From Candidatus Methanosuratincola mesotaenarum (lineage in GTDB: Archaea; Thermoproteota; Methanomethylicia; Methanomethylicales; Methanomethylicaceae): a stretch of 64,000 nt of DNA. Shown piece by piece: positions 19,048-28,699 of the stretch (position 1 is its first letter; the number at the start of each line of letters is the position of its first letter). The position numbers and the translations under genes are program-made. The DNA is taken from assembly GCA_038801705.1 (NCBI GenBank), contig JAULTC010000001.1, positions 369,214 through 433,213 on the forward strand, given 5' to 3'. The notes under the pieces were generated by a model. It was not told the DNA's origin, did not search any database, and saw only the letters and a list, made by a program, of their open reading frames with translations.

Positions 19048-19338
19048 ATGACAAAGTATAAAAAACCAGATATCACGGTGGTCACTAGCAAGGGTCAGGT
19101 CGTGATACCCCAAGCCATAAGGAAGAAGCTTGGCATAGAGCCAAAGACAAAGCTTTTGGTATACGGCTATCAAGATGCTGTGATCATGAAGAAAATGGAA
19201 ATACCCGAAGTGACAAAGGAATTGGAAGAGGTCTATAGAATGGTCGATGATAAGATAGCAGAGTATGGCGAACTAGCCGATAAGGAGATAGATGAGATAA
19301 TCCAAGAGTATAGAAAGAGGAAGAGGGCCTCTGCCTAA
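19048..19338 (+). CDS. AbrB/SpoVT-type antitoxin (VapB/MazE-like)
   Basis: …DITVVTSKGQVVIPQAIRKKLGIEPKTKLLVYG… swapped-hairpin motif. 96 aa. The stop lies 10 nt before the PIN gene. Confidence 0.75.
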   Translation: MTKYKKPDITVVTSKGQVVIPQAIRKKLGIEPKTKLLVYGYQDAVIMKKMEIPEVTKELEEVYRMVDDKIAEYGELADKEIDEIIQEYRKRKRASA

Positions 19339-19348
19339 AGGTAATATA

Positions 19349-19768
19349 ATGAAAGTTGTACTTGACACGAACATCTTAATCTCTGCTTTGATCAAGGCTG
19401 GAAAGCCAAGAGAACTCGTTTCAAGGATAGCTGAAGGAAAAGTCCAGCTGATTTTGTCTAGAAATATTCTAGAAGAGTTCCTTGAAGTCGCTGAAGACCC
19501 GAGGATAAGGAGATACATCGACGAAAACAATGTAATAGCCTATCTGAGAGTCTTGGGAAGCGTTGCTAAAATAGTCAGGGTGCGATCCAGGTTCAAAGTT
19601 GTGAAGGAAGACCCTGACGATGATGTCATACTGAGAACTGCCAAAGACGGGACAGCCGAGTACATAGTATCAGGAGACAAACACTTACTTTCGTTAGGGG
19701 AATTTAGAGGGATAAAAATAGTAACAGCGAATGAAATGCTGAAATTATTGAAAGAGGGAAAAGGATAG
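19349..19768 (+). CDS. PIN-domain toxin (VapC-like)
   Basis: MKVVLDTNILISALIK… PIN N-terminus with a conserved Asp. Further acidic residues follow (…TAEYIVSGDKHLL…). 139 aa. Confidence 0.75.
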   Translation: MKVVLDTNILISALIKAGKPRELVSRIAEGKVQLILSRNILEEFLEVAEDPRIRRYIDENNVIAYLRVLGSVAKIVRVRSRFKVVKEDPDDDVILRTAKDGTAEYIVSGDKHLLSLGEFRGIKIVTANEMLKLLKEGKG

Positions 19769-20061
19769 TTAGCGTGCATGCGTGCATGCGCATATAATTA
19801 TACATTATTTGGTTCTTTTGGCGATCATTTCGTCGACTCTATTCACGAAATCTTCAGCCCATTTTAGCGCCTGCTTAGCCTCACCCTCTGAGACTATGTC
19901 CATCTCTTCGTATACTATTCTATGCCTCCTTTCTCATGCCGTTGAGCACTATGATCATCTTATCGCTGACCTCGGTTCAGAGGAATGCGTGGAGAAATCT
20001 AACTACAGCCACATGCCCTTCTGTGCTCGATGGCCTATAGCCTTGGCTGAACATCAATGCT

Positions 20062-20171
20062 CTACCAGCAAGTAGCATCGCGTTGTACGATACTGCCAAT
20101 CGCTCTGGTCCTGCCCTGGCGCTGCATAGTCATCTACCAGCAAGTAGCATCGCGTTGTACGATACTGCCAA
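20062..20171. repeat. 38-39-bp direct repeat pair separated by 34 bp
   Basis: (t)ctaccagcaagtagcatcgcgttgtacgatactgccaa occurs at 20062-20099 and 20134-20171. On the minus strand each copy encodes …GSIVQRDATCW* with a stop, i.e. a duplicated gene 3' end. Confidence 0.9.
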
Positions 20172-20266
20172 GGACCAGTCGAACTTCCTGTTTTCCATCA
20201 GCGTCCTTGCAGTGTCTATATCCCTCAGTACGCGCCAACGAATTGAGCCCCAACCTATGATTTGGC

Positions 20267-20899
20267 CTAATTCTCCTTACGACTCTGCTCCTTAACAGCT
20301 CTTCTAAACTCATCTTCATCCCCAATCAACATGAAGAACGGCTTCCTCGCGATTTCAGTTAAAAGGTGGTGCCTACTTTTTGCCCTCTTCGAGAATTCCT
20401 CTTCGCTCCAAAGTATATAGTTGACTTCCCTTCCAACTTCTTTCTCAACCTTATTCACTGCTCTCAGCACTTCATCTTCGCCGATGCTACCCACGATAAG
20501 CAAGTCAAAATCGCTACTTTCGGTCTCCTCCCCACTTGCAAAGGAGCCGTAAATGAGGGCGTAGCGAATTCCCTTCAAGGCAGAAAGGGCGCTTTTCATC
20601 ACGTCGCCTAGGCCAATGGTCTTCATTATTAATCCTTTCAATTCGCCAAAGTAAGGGAGCTTCTTGTTCGCTGAAACGAGCGTGATCTTTCCCCTCTTCT
20701 CTTCGGTGAGTATGCCTAACGAGATCAGGTTCTTCACTTCCCTGTAGAGCATGCTGTATGGTATGTTCATCTCCTTGGAGAACTCGCGAATGTAGAATCG
20801 CCTGTCAGAGTTCATCGCGATTTTGGAAAGGAGGGTTATTCTGGTCTTGGACCCGAACAATTTATCTATTGATGTCATATTATCTATTTGGAATGTCAA
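20267..20899 (-). CDS. wHTH + minimal nucleotidyltransferase (MNT) domain protein
   Basis: N-terminal wHTH (…MLYREVKNLISLGILTEEKRGK…) and a C-terminal NTase motif (YGSFASGEETESSDFDLLIV, i.e. GS…D.D). Downstream on the same strand lie only fragments of a possible HEPN partner. Confidence 0.75.
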   Translation of the reverse strand: MTFQIDNMTSIDKLFGSKTRITLLSKIAMNSDRRFYIREFSKEMNIPYSMLYREVKNLISLGILTEEKRGKITLVSANKKLPYFGELKGLIMKTIGLGDVMKSALSALKGIRYALIYGSFASGEETESSDFDLLIVGSIGEDEVLRAVNKVEKEVGREVNYILWSEEEFSKRAKSRHHLLTEIARKPFFMLIGDEDEFRRAVKEQSRKEN

Positions 20900-21178
20900 A
20901 GCTTAAGATATGCCGTGACACCTGTCTGATTTTCGGACAAATAGCCGATATCTCTAAGCGAATACACAACGTCTTGCCCAGCCAACCTCTTTATCTCTTT
21001 TCTACGCGAAATAATTGCGATACCTGGCGTAAGAACTGTAGCAAACAAGGCTACGAATAGTATCTTAAACCGATACCATTCCAGCTTAAAAACTGCTCTT
21101 CGCAAGTGTTCGAACGTAGAATGTGAACCTACTTCTGGCTACCAATGCTTAAGCCCGAAAATACCGCTTTCATCTGTT

Positions 21179-21600
21179 TTAGAGCTCATTTATTATGGCT
21201 TGTTTCAAGGCTTGGTTCACGCTTCGATTTGGCCGTGTTCCTGATTCACTACGGTTCTGTGAGGCATTGATAACGCTTCTCTGGTAAGGATCTCGTTCGG
21301 GTTCATTCCCCCACCCCCAAAGCAACGCAGAAACCCAAACTTTAACATCAAGAATTACTTTGGGCACGCGCTTCTTCGATGAAGGGACCAACATCTTCCT
21401 CCGAAAGCCCCAGCTGCCGAAGTTTGCTCCAGACTGGCTTCATGGTTTATTCAAGATTTATCTACTATCTTCTTTAGAACCACCATGCCGTCAATGGCTA
21501 TGGCTAAGATTTTTTCGCCTTTCTTTAGGCTGGCGGCTTGCTTCGCACGTTTGCCGGGATGACTACTTGGCATTTGGAGGAAAACTTGGTTGTTGACGCT
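21179..21600 (-). pseudogene. Degraded second AbrB-antitoxin/PIN-toxin pair
   Basis: Minus-strand translation gives …STTKFSSKCQVVIPANVRSK… (AbrB/SpoVT hairpin), then a stop. A frameshifted …LKKGEKILAIAIDGMVVLKKI… parallels the intact antitoxin at 19048. Further on, KVILDVKVWVSALL… (PIN N-terminus) is truncated at 71 aa. Confidence 0.45.
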
Positions 21601-22103
21601 TCGACCATGCTCTCACCACCAAACAGTAAGAGCACTCTTACTTAATGCAAATTACCCACAAGCACTAAACCATCAAAGACATACCAAAACATTAAAAACT
21701 TACAATAGAAGAAAAAAACAGCATCCCGCCTAATTTTAGCAGGTTCGGATAGTTTCTTTAAGCCCAAGTAAGGAAGTTCCGTGAAAATTAGTCTCAAGAA
21801 GTTTCCGTAAGCCAGATTATTTTTGAATTCCCACTGCATGGTTGTAGGTGAAATCGTATTGGTTAATCTTGTTAATGATTGGGAGGTGCTGGAAGAGTAC
21901 GCCGGAGGAAAAGGGTTTCTACCAGCTTTTAGGCGTGGACGGCACACTAAAAATCAGAATAAGCTTGGAAAACTCGGCTTGAAAGGAATTCGAAAGCGGA
22001 AAAGACGGACTCAACCCGCATACTGGACTTCGGCAAGCCCAAACACTAGATCCGCATAAGCGGAAAAAAATCAGAGACGAACAATTCTTCAAATAAAAAA
22101 TTC

Positions 22104-22787
22104 TCAGACTAGCCCCCAAGATGCCAGCCATTCAGTCAACCCTGAATAGACAAGCTGCGCCGCAAATGCTGCGATGATAATCGCCATGAATCGCCCTAGT
22201 GCCTTGATGCCATTACTGCCGATCAGTTTGCTCAGATATTCAGAATAACGAAGCAGCAGATATGTGATGATGACGACTATAATAATGCTCATTATCAGAA
22301 CAACTAATGGAGAGGTTGCTGAGAGCAGAATAATTGTAGTCATGGTGCCAGGGCCAACAAGCAGAGGGGTCGCGATTGGAACTATTGCCACCTCCTCCCT
22401 CGAGTCTACCGCTTTTGTTCTCGGGAGACCGCCCAGCATTTCAACGGCAATCACCATTAAGAGAACGCCCCCGCCAACCATTAAACTAGAGATGTTAATG
22501 TTGAAGAAAGTCAGAATATAATTCCCAGCCAATGCCATCACCACGCAGATTAAGAAAACGGTCAAAGAGGACTTGAAGACAATTCGGCGTCTTGAAGCCA
22601 AGTCGATGCCATCGGTCAGAGACATGAAAACAGGCAGGACACTTATCGGGTTCATTATGGCAAATATCTGAGCCGAGATCAGGACTATCTGATACGGCCA
22701 GTATGAGAAGTCGGCCAAGCTTAGGAACTGGATCTCAATCATTTGAAAGCACTCATGAAATGCTCGTCCAAAGCTATTTAAAACCAT
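22104..22787 (-). CDS. MarC-family (UPF0056) integral membrane protein
   Basis: …IMNPISVLPVFMSLTDG… and a multi-TM profile typical of MarC. The real start is probably the internal MIEIQFL. Confidence 0.7.
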   Translation of the reverse strand: MVLNSFGRAFHECFQMIEIQFLSLADFSYWPYQIVLISAQIFAIMNPISVLPVFMSLTDGIDLASRRRIVFKSSLTVFLICVVMALAGNYILTFFNINISSLMVGGGVLLMVIAVEMLGGLPRTKAVDSREEVAIVPIATPLLVGPGTMTTIILLSATSPLVVLIMSIIIVVIITYLLLRYSEYLSKLIGSNGIKALGRFMAIIIAAFAAQLVYSGLTEWLASWGLV

Positions 22788-23183
22788 TTAGCCTGTCCGG
22801 ATCCGGAATGCCTTGCGGACGTCCTTTGAGAGCAACAGCAGTATGGTCATCAGGTCGAGAATAAGCTTCGGCAGGTCGAGCAGCACACTCTCTGCGTTTA
22901 TCATGATTATGAAGCCTAATCCTCCAAAGATAAGACCGAATAAGGAAAATGCCATCGACAAAAACCATGCTGGTCGCTTTAATCTGTACAGCCCATAGGC
23001 TATACCGAAGCTGATGATTGCCATGATAAGCGGCAGCGCAGTGAACCAGTCGATGACCTGGAACTGCAACAGGTAGAGCATATATGAAATCCCTGCGAAT
23101 GCCTCAATGGCAACAAGGATCTTCACTTCACCGGGTACAGAAGCCGCACTTTTAGGCTGGTTGCTCAGGATAGCCCCCTCCAC
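22788..23183 (-). CDS. Small integral membrane protein (hypothetical)
   Basis: 131 aa with four predicted TM helices. Confidence 0.45.
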   Translation of the reverse strand: MEGAILSNQPKSAASVPGEVKILVAIEAFAGISYMLYLLQFQVIDWFTALPLIMAIISFGIAYGLYRLKRPAWFLSMAFSLFGLIFGGLGFIIMINAESVLLDLPKLILDLMTILLLLSKDVRKAFRIRTG

Positions 23184-23219
23184 GCTACACGGAAGAAGAA
23201 AAAAGCGGATATATTTGCC

Positions 23220-24149
23220 TTACTGATTAGGTCCGGCTGCTTCGCTCTCACTGGGCTGTTCGCCCTTCTTCTTCGAGATCCGCTTCGGTTTTGTTTTTGG
23301 CAAACTTTCCTCAAGGAGCTTTTGGAGTTTAGGATCGACAACCAAGTACCTCCTTGGATAGGCAATCGCTATCCCGTTAGCTTCGAATTCCTTCTTTATC
23401 TCCTTCAGAACGCTCCTCGCCATTTCGAAAGACGTCGGCTGATCCTTCGCTCTGCTTAGGAGCCTCAGCTGCAAACCAGAGTCTCCGTATTCCATAACCT
23501 GGACCTTGGGGAGATCTCCAATCGGAAGGCAGTCAGGATGGCGTTTAGCCACATCGACCATTATCTGCATCGCCTTGTCTAAATCAGACTCGTAGCTAAT
23601 CGAGATGAATATGGGGGTGAGCTTGCTCGGATCCGTGCGCGTATAGTTCACAATTACCTCGTTCTGGAGCACCGAATTTGGAACCATCAGCCGCCTGTTG
23701 TCCCAAGTCCTGAGCACGGTGTGCATCAGCTTAATGTCTTCGACAAAGCAGAACTCGTTTTTGAAAAGGAGTGCTTCGTTTATCCTGATCGGCTGAAATA
23801 TGGATATCGTCATGCCTGCGAAGATATTTGAAAGGGTTGACTGGGCGGCAAGACCAATTATGATTGAAGCAAATCCAGCCGCAACGAAGATGGAGGCGAG
23901 CGAGGCGCCAAGTGCAGGAAATGCAGCGTATGTGGAGGAGGTTATGCCGATTAATATTATCGTGAAAAGGATCAACCGCCTTATGAAACGGTAGCTCGTG
24001 TCTAGGCTTGGATTCTTTTCCACGATTTCTGCGATCCTCTTGTTGAGGATGTGATTGATGATATAGGCAACTATGAGTGTTAGAGATATGCCAATTACGA
24101 ATGACAGTAGAGGCATGATGAAGGCGTTAAGATCGTCTATACCAAACAT
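23220..24149 (-). CDS. Small-conductance mechanosensitive channel (MscS family)
   Basis: N-terminal TM helices, then the conserved pore/β-domain region (…IFAGMTISIFQPIRINEAL…VEDIKLMHTVLRTWDNRRLMVPNSVLQNEVIVNYT…). Confidence 0.8.
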   Translation of the reverse strand: MFGIDDLNAFIMPLLSFVIGISLTLIVAYIINHILNKRIAEIVEKNPSLDTSYRFIRRLILFTIILIGITSSTYAAFPALGASLASIFVAAGFASIIIGLAAQSTLSNIFAGMTISIFQPIRINEALLFKNEFCFVEDIKLMHTVLRTWDNRRLMVPNSVLQNEVIVNYTRTDPSKLTPIFISISYESDLDKAMQIMVDVAKRHPDCLPIGDLPKVQVMEYGDSGLQLRLLSRAKDQPTSFEMARSVLKEIKKEFEANGIAIAYPRRYLVVDPKLQKLLEESLPKTKPKRISKKKGEQPSESEAAGPNQ

Positions 24150-24248
24150 GGGAATCGGGTGATCAAACCCACTATCATATATAAATCATTCTGAATAAAA
24201 AGGAAATTTATTGAGAATTAGGGATTAAATAAAAAAAAAGATTATTGG

Positions 24249-25805
24249 TTATTGTGGTTTTGGCACATCCTTGTGGATATCATAGTAGAGCGGGCCGCGC
24301 TCCTTCTTGGTTACGAGGGAGACGATGATTATGGTCAAGAAGCCCAGGATCATACCCCAGGCGCCTGCGTCGAGGTAGAACGTACGCATCATGGCTCCAG
24401 TCCCAAACGGGATACGGTAGCCGAGTGTCAACGCCGCTGTCACGATCGTGCCTACACCCACACCGGCCGCTCCGCCCCATTTGGTTACGCCCTTCCAAGT
24501 GGTAGCCAGAATCAGCGCGGGTGCAAGCGTTGCTGCGAACTGTGCCCAGCCGATTGCCGCTAGCCATGTGATGATCTCGGACGGGAAGATGGTCTCGATC
24601 ACCATTAGGATACCCACGCCCAGCATTCCGATCCTGAGGTACTTCAGCTGCTGCTTGTCAGTCCAGTTCGGCCTGAAGCACTTGTGGATTATGTCCCTGG
24701 TTATGGCTGCTCCGCCCATCATGATGAAGCCGTCGATCGTGCTCCACGCAGCACCAATGACTCCTGCGATCAGCAGACCGCCGAGTATTGGCGATTCGAC
24801 ACCAAGCTTGTAAACGGTCAACCATGCGATGACCCCATCGGGGCCGAGACCAAGAGCGGCAATTGCGGGTGCGACTGTTGCATCTGTTACAGCCAAGTAC
24901 TTCGTGACCACGCCCAAGTAACAGTAAGCGGGGCAGGTCACCCCGAAGATTATGGCTGCCAAGAGACCCCACATCCAAAGGGTGCTAGGCTTCTTTATAC
25001 CGTACAGCTTCTGGACGATCGCTGGCTGGCCGACTAGCCCAAAAGACGAGATTAAGAAGAACCAGCTTACCCAGAAGAGCCAGGCGTAGCCACCGAGTGC
25101 CTCACTGTTGTTTAGCCATGCCGTGCCGCCCGTGGACGCTGTAATTGTGGCGAGCATTTCGCCGTAACCGCCGGTCCATGAATAGCCAAGACCGACTGCC
25201 AGAATAGAGGCGATGATCATCATCGAGACGTTCAGTGAGTTGATGATTGCACCGGCAATGAATCCGCCGAGAAGCACGTAGATTACGGAGACCGCGATGC
25301 CGAGCATTGCCGCCGGCTCGTACGGGATGTTCAGCAGTGCACCGAATAGTACGCCGATAGCCTTGAACTGTGCTGTTGCATAGAAGACGCATGCGATTAC
25401 GATACCGATTGCAGCAAAGATCCTGATCAACTTACCCCCGTACACCTCACCCAGGAAATCGGGCATCGTCATGAGGTTGTACTTCTTGGCAGATATCCTC
25501 ATCCACCTTCCGAGGAAGAGAATTACGAGCGGGAAACCTGCCATCATGGGGATGCAGATGCCCCAGTGCTGCCATGCGCCTGCCGCGTATATGCCTCCAG
25601 GAAGGCCGAAGAAGGCCCAGGCGCTCACAGAGGCGCCAGCGCTCCACATCCCGAGCATCCAGACCGGTATCGCCCTGCCGCCGACCATAAGGTCGCCAGA
25701 GGCCTTGACTTTCTTCCTGGACCAAACGCCAACGCCGAGGATCAACGCAACCCAGATTATGACAATTATGCCTTCTATAAGTTTTCCTGTTGCTATGTCA
25801 ACCAT
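24249..25805 (-). CDS. Sodium:solute symporter (SSS family)
   Basis: 518-aa polytopic membrane protein. It is immediately downstream of a DUF4212-type small subunit gene. Confidence 0.75.
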   Translation of the reverse strand: MVDIATGKLIEGIIVIIWVALILGVGVWSRKKVKASGDLMVGGRAIPVWMLGMWSAGASVSAWAFFGLPGGIYAAGAWQHWGICIPMMAGFPLVILFLGRWMRISAKKYNLMTMPDFLGEVYGGKLIRIFAAIGIVIACVFYATAQFKAIGVLFGALLNIPYEPAAMLGIAVSVIYVLLGGFIAGAIINSLNVSMMIIASILAVGLGYSWTGGYGEMLATITASTGGTAWLNNSEALGGYAWLFWVSWFFLISSFGLVGQPAIVQKLYGIKKPSTLWMWGLLAAIIFGVTCPAYCYLGVVTKYLAVTDATVAPAIAALGLGPDGVIAWLTVYKLGVESPILGGLLIAGVIGAAWSTIDGFIMMGGAAITRDIIHKCFRPNWTDKQQLKYLRIGMLGVGILMVIETIFPSEIITWLAAIGWAQFAATLAPALILATTWKGVTKWGGAAGVGVGTIVTAALTLGYRIPFGTGAMMRTFYLDAGAWGMILGFLTIIIVSLVTKKERGPLYYDIHKDVPKPQ

Positions 25806-25817
25806 TCAGTTTGCCCC

Positions 25818-26042
25818 CTATATCTCCTCAGCAAGCTCAGGGTGTTTGTTAATCCAAGAACGCCACCAAAGCATCGAGATTATCGGAAATACGAACCAGC
25901 AGAGAATCTCCGTCGCATAGATAAGAAACCAAGTGCCTGTCCAATCAGCTGGGATGCCCCAGCCATATGTCCCGAACACACCGCGTAGCATGTCCACGAA
26001 GATCAATATCGAGTATTCGCTTGTCAGAAACAACTCAAACAT
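25818..26042 (-). CDS. SSS-transporter small subunit (DUF4212-like)
   Basis: 74 aa with two TM helices (…GTWFLIYATEILCWFVFPIISMLWW…). Its position upstream of an SSS gene is typical of this family. Confidence 0.6.
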   Translation of the reverse strand: MFELFLTSEYSILIFVDMLRGVFGTYGWGIPADWTGTWFLIYATEILCWFVFPIISMLWWRSWINKHPELAEEI

Positions 26043-26244
26043 ATTTTTCCCACCATTGAGTTTTCTTGAATATTACTCAACCATGGTATTAATATAGGTT
26101 ACGAAAATCCATGAAAAGATTTATATATAGATAACTCCCTTCCCCAAGGGAAATAAACATTATATTTTTTATCATAAATGCTATTGGTAATAATCTACAA
26201 CTTTTCTTATTAGGTTTCATTCTCCTAAAAAGTAGAACGCCGTA

Positions 26245-26973
26245 ATGGATAATAGAAAGTACGAGAATCCTGAGATGGGTAGAAAAATGGCAGAAGAGAG
26301 CGTTACGCCTCCTTTCAAGTACTGGCTGCTTATGTTAGTATTTCTAGTTACGGTCATATCCGTTGGGAGCGCGATAGGCTTTCATGCGTTTGGCCCGACG
26401 TTCATCGAGAACATGAACGCATACAACCTTTACGAGATGGGCAGAGAGGGAAGGCGACTCTACTATGAAACGCCAGAAGGGGAAAAGATGATCAAGGTAG
26501 ATATCGGGTTCGATATGAACACCACGTACAATTCGACACACGGGGTGGCTTACTGGTTCATGGGCATAGAGCTCCCTTATGGATCCACCCTCATGGATGC
26601 AATAGAAAACATCCACAAAGCAGAGATAGCCGAGATGAGGGTTTATGACCTGGACGACACAGCAGTCTTTGAGAGAGTCATAGAAGACCCGCAGAGCATC
26701 AACCTTGAGATTAAATTCAGTGAGATACTGAGCATAAAGTATTTGGATGAGATCAATGGAACCAGAAGCGATCCTGTCACGATGGCGCAATGGATGACGT
26801 ACTTCTGGAATGCGAAAGCTCAGAGCTTCGCTTACATAACAGTGTCGTCTACCAATTTTGAATTGGCACATAAGGACACCGTAGTGATAATTTATGACAT
26901 ATTCGGAGGGTGGCCAGCAGACTGCTGCAGTGGCGGTGCCTGGGAGTACGATGAGTATACAGGTCCAACATAA
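26245..26973 (+). CDS. Membrane-anchored hypothetical protein
   Basis: Single N-terminal TM helix (YWLLMLVFLVTVISVGSAIGF), then a soluble domain with no recognisable motifs. Confidence 0.45.
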   Translation: MDNRKYENPEMGRKMAEESVTPPFKYWLLMLVFLVTVISVGSAIGFHAFGPTFIENMNAYNLYEMGREGRRLYYETPEGEKMIKVDIGFDMNTTYNSTHGVAYWFMGIELPYGSTLMDAIENIHKAEIAEMRVYDLDDTAVFERVIEDPQSINLEIKFSEILSIKYLDEINGTRSDPVTMAQWMTYFWNAKAQSFAYITVSSTNFELAHKDTVVIIYDIFGGWPADCCSGGAWEYDEYTGPT

Positions 26974-27068
26974 TGACGATTCGTTTTAAATTTCTTGTAG
27001 CGGCGGTACCAGGGAGTACGAGTGGCGCTTACCAAGTGAGCAAAATCATGTCATTTTGCTCTGCTTAA

Positions 27069-27539
27069 TCAGTCCTCTTCCCGATCGCAGCGGCACCTGA
27101 AAGATCCGAGCATCTTCAGCGCGGTCTCTTCGAATTCGTTTTTGTTCTCGTAGTACTCGTTGAACAGGAGGTACCTTCTGCTGCAGACTTCGCAGAAAGC
27201 GAGGAGGCCTATCATGCAGTGGTGCAGCTCCTTTGTGAGCCTCTTCTTTGTGGAGTATGCTATCTTGTGGAAGTGGGCAGGGTGATTCGCATCCGCGCCG
27301 GCCCAACTGAAGACCTCGGTCTTTATCCCGACTAGGTCCCTGTCATTCTCAATCGCCCCCACCTTATCCTTGAAGAATTCCTCGGGCGCAGAGTATACCT
27401 TCTTGAATTCATCGAGGTCGTCCCAGAAGACTTGGACGATGTGCTTGGAATGATCAGAAACCTCGAGATCCCCCTTGAAGTAGAGGGAGCCCTTTGTGAT
27501 GGAAACAAAATACTCCTTTGGCATATCAAGCTCCATGCC
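27069..27539 (-). CDS. Hypothetical Cys/His-rich protein
   Basis: The probable start is MELDMPKEYF. The C-terminus HHCMIGLLAFCEVC…CRC suggests metal binding. Confidence 0.4.
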   Translation of the reverse strand, partial: GMELDMPKEYFVSITKGSLYFKGDLEVSDHSKHIVQVFWDDLDEFKKVYSAPEEFFKDKVGAIENDRDLVGIKTEVFSWAGADANHPAHFHKIAYSTKKRLTKELHHCMIGLLAFCEVCSRRYLLFNEYYENKNEFEETALKMLGSFRCRCDREED

Positions 27540-27598
27540 GTATATTGACAGCAGCATAAAAATTACCGGTGAAAAAAAGAGGGGGGTAGTTTTATACT

Positions 27599-28039
27599 TT
27601 ACCTTCTTATGATGAGCACGTCGCAGTGGGCGTTCTTTGATACATACTCGGCAACGCTGCCAAGCAGGGTTCTCCTTAGCCCCGTTATGCCCCTCGATCC
27701 TATCACTGTGAGTGCGCATCCCTGTCTCTCGGCTTCGGCTACGAATCCAGCACCGACTGTATTCCAGACCGGCACAATTTTGGACTCGACGACATTTACC
27801 CCTTCTTTCTTCGCCCTTTCTTCGTACCCCTTGAGGAGCGGTTCCAGTTTTTCTGCAACTTCTTTTGGCACCGCAGGCGGGTACGGTGGGATGTCGCCTA
27901 AGATACCAATTGCAGGGGGGGCATAGATAGTCACTATCAAGAGCCTCGCGTCATACCTCTTTGCTATGTCCATTGCTGTCTCAAATGCTGCCTCGGCAGG
28001 TTTGGATCCGTCCACACCAACCATTATTGTCCTGTACAT
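27599..28039 (-). CDS. Universal stress protein (UspA family)
   Basis: MYRTIMVGVDGSKPAEAAFETAMDIAKRYDARLLIVTI… and the C-terminal ATP-binding motif G…GSRG…G…GSVAEYV. Confidence 0.85.
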   Translation of the reverse strand: MYRTIMVGVDGSKPAEAAFETAMDIAKRYDARLLIVTIYAPPAIGILGDIPPYPPAVPKEVAEKLEPLLKGYEERAKKEGVNVVESKIVPVWNTVGAGFVAEAERQGCALTVIGSRGITGLRRTLLGSVAEYVSKNAHCDVLIIRR

Positions 28040-28183
28040 TTTTCATCACTTTTTAATAATATTTAGCAGAAATGGGTTATTATAGTTTGGCATTCTGTTC
28101 GTTGATCTTGTTTTCCTAGCGCAGGGGGCGCGTGTGCTAATGATTTATACCACCGATGATCAAACATTTTATTGGTGCAGCAT

Positions 28184-28666
28184 ATGGAGATCAAGATAGT
28201 CAGTGTGAGCGTGCCGCAGGGATCGAACGTGGTGATAGGCCAGACTCACTTCATAAAGAGCGCCGAGGACCTTTACGAGGTGATGGCGACGCATGCCCAA
28301 GGTGCAGAGTTCGGGATCGCCTTTTCGGAGGCTTCAGGGCCCTGTCTGATAAGGCGCGAAGGGAACTGTGATGAGCTGGAGAAGGCCGCGGCAGATGCCT
28401 GCATGGCAATAGGGGCAGGCCACATATTCGTATTGATCATGAGAAAAGCATACCCGATAAGCGTGCTGAATGCCATAAAAGTAGTGCAAGAGGTCTGCAA
28501 CGTCTTCTGCGCCACAGCAAACCCGCTAGGAGTGGTCGTGGCTGAGGCGGATGGCAGAAGGGGAGTGCTCGGCGTGATAGACGGCGATGCACCCAAGGGC
28601 GTGGAGTCGGACGCGGACAGGGAAAGCAGAAAGGCGTTCCTCAGGAAGATAGGCTACAAGCGGTGA
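28184..28666 (+). CDS. Adenosine-specific kinase (DUF355/COG1839 family)
   Basis: MEIKIVSVSVPQGSNVVIGQTHFIKSAEDLYEVMA…GIAFSEASGPCLIRREGN…LGVIDGDAPKGVESD…FLRKIGYKR is a close family-level match to archaeal adenosine/AMP kinase proteins of about 160 aa. Confidence 0.65.
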   Translation: MEIKIVSVSVPQGSNVVIGQTHFIKSAEDLYEVMATHAQGAEFGIAFSEASGPCLIRREGNCDELEKAAADACMAIGAGHIFVLIMRKAYPISVLNAIKVVQEVCNVFCATANPLGVVVAEADGRRGVLGVIDGDAPKGVESDADRESRKAFLRKIGYKR

Positions 28667-28699
28667 ATGTAAGCGACCTGGACTTACTTACCGGAAGGA

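Noticed and set aside
15077-19100. att site: a direct repeat of the tRNA-Gln 3' end marking the far boundary of the integrated element
   Set aside because: Visual search found no convincing partial copy of GTTCGAATCTCCTCCGGGCT downstream. Only weak CCCGGG-containing matches are present, near 18715. The element boundary therefore stays approximate.
20062-20171. Possible mini CRISPR array (39-bp repeats, 34-bp spacer). A second repeat pair lies at 16801-16909.
   Set aside because: Only two copies of each repeat. The repeats lack CRISPR-like termini and hairpins. Both pairs are better explained as duplicated coding segments (a gene 3' end, and a gene 5' end including its start). No cas genes are adjacent apart from the distant orphan Cas2-like domain.
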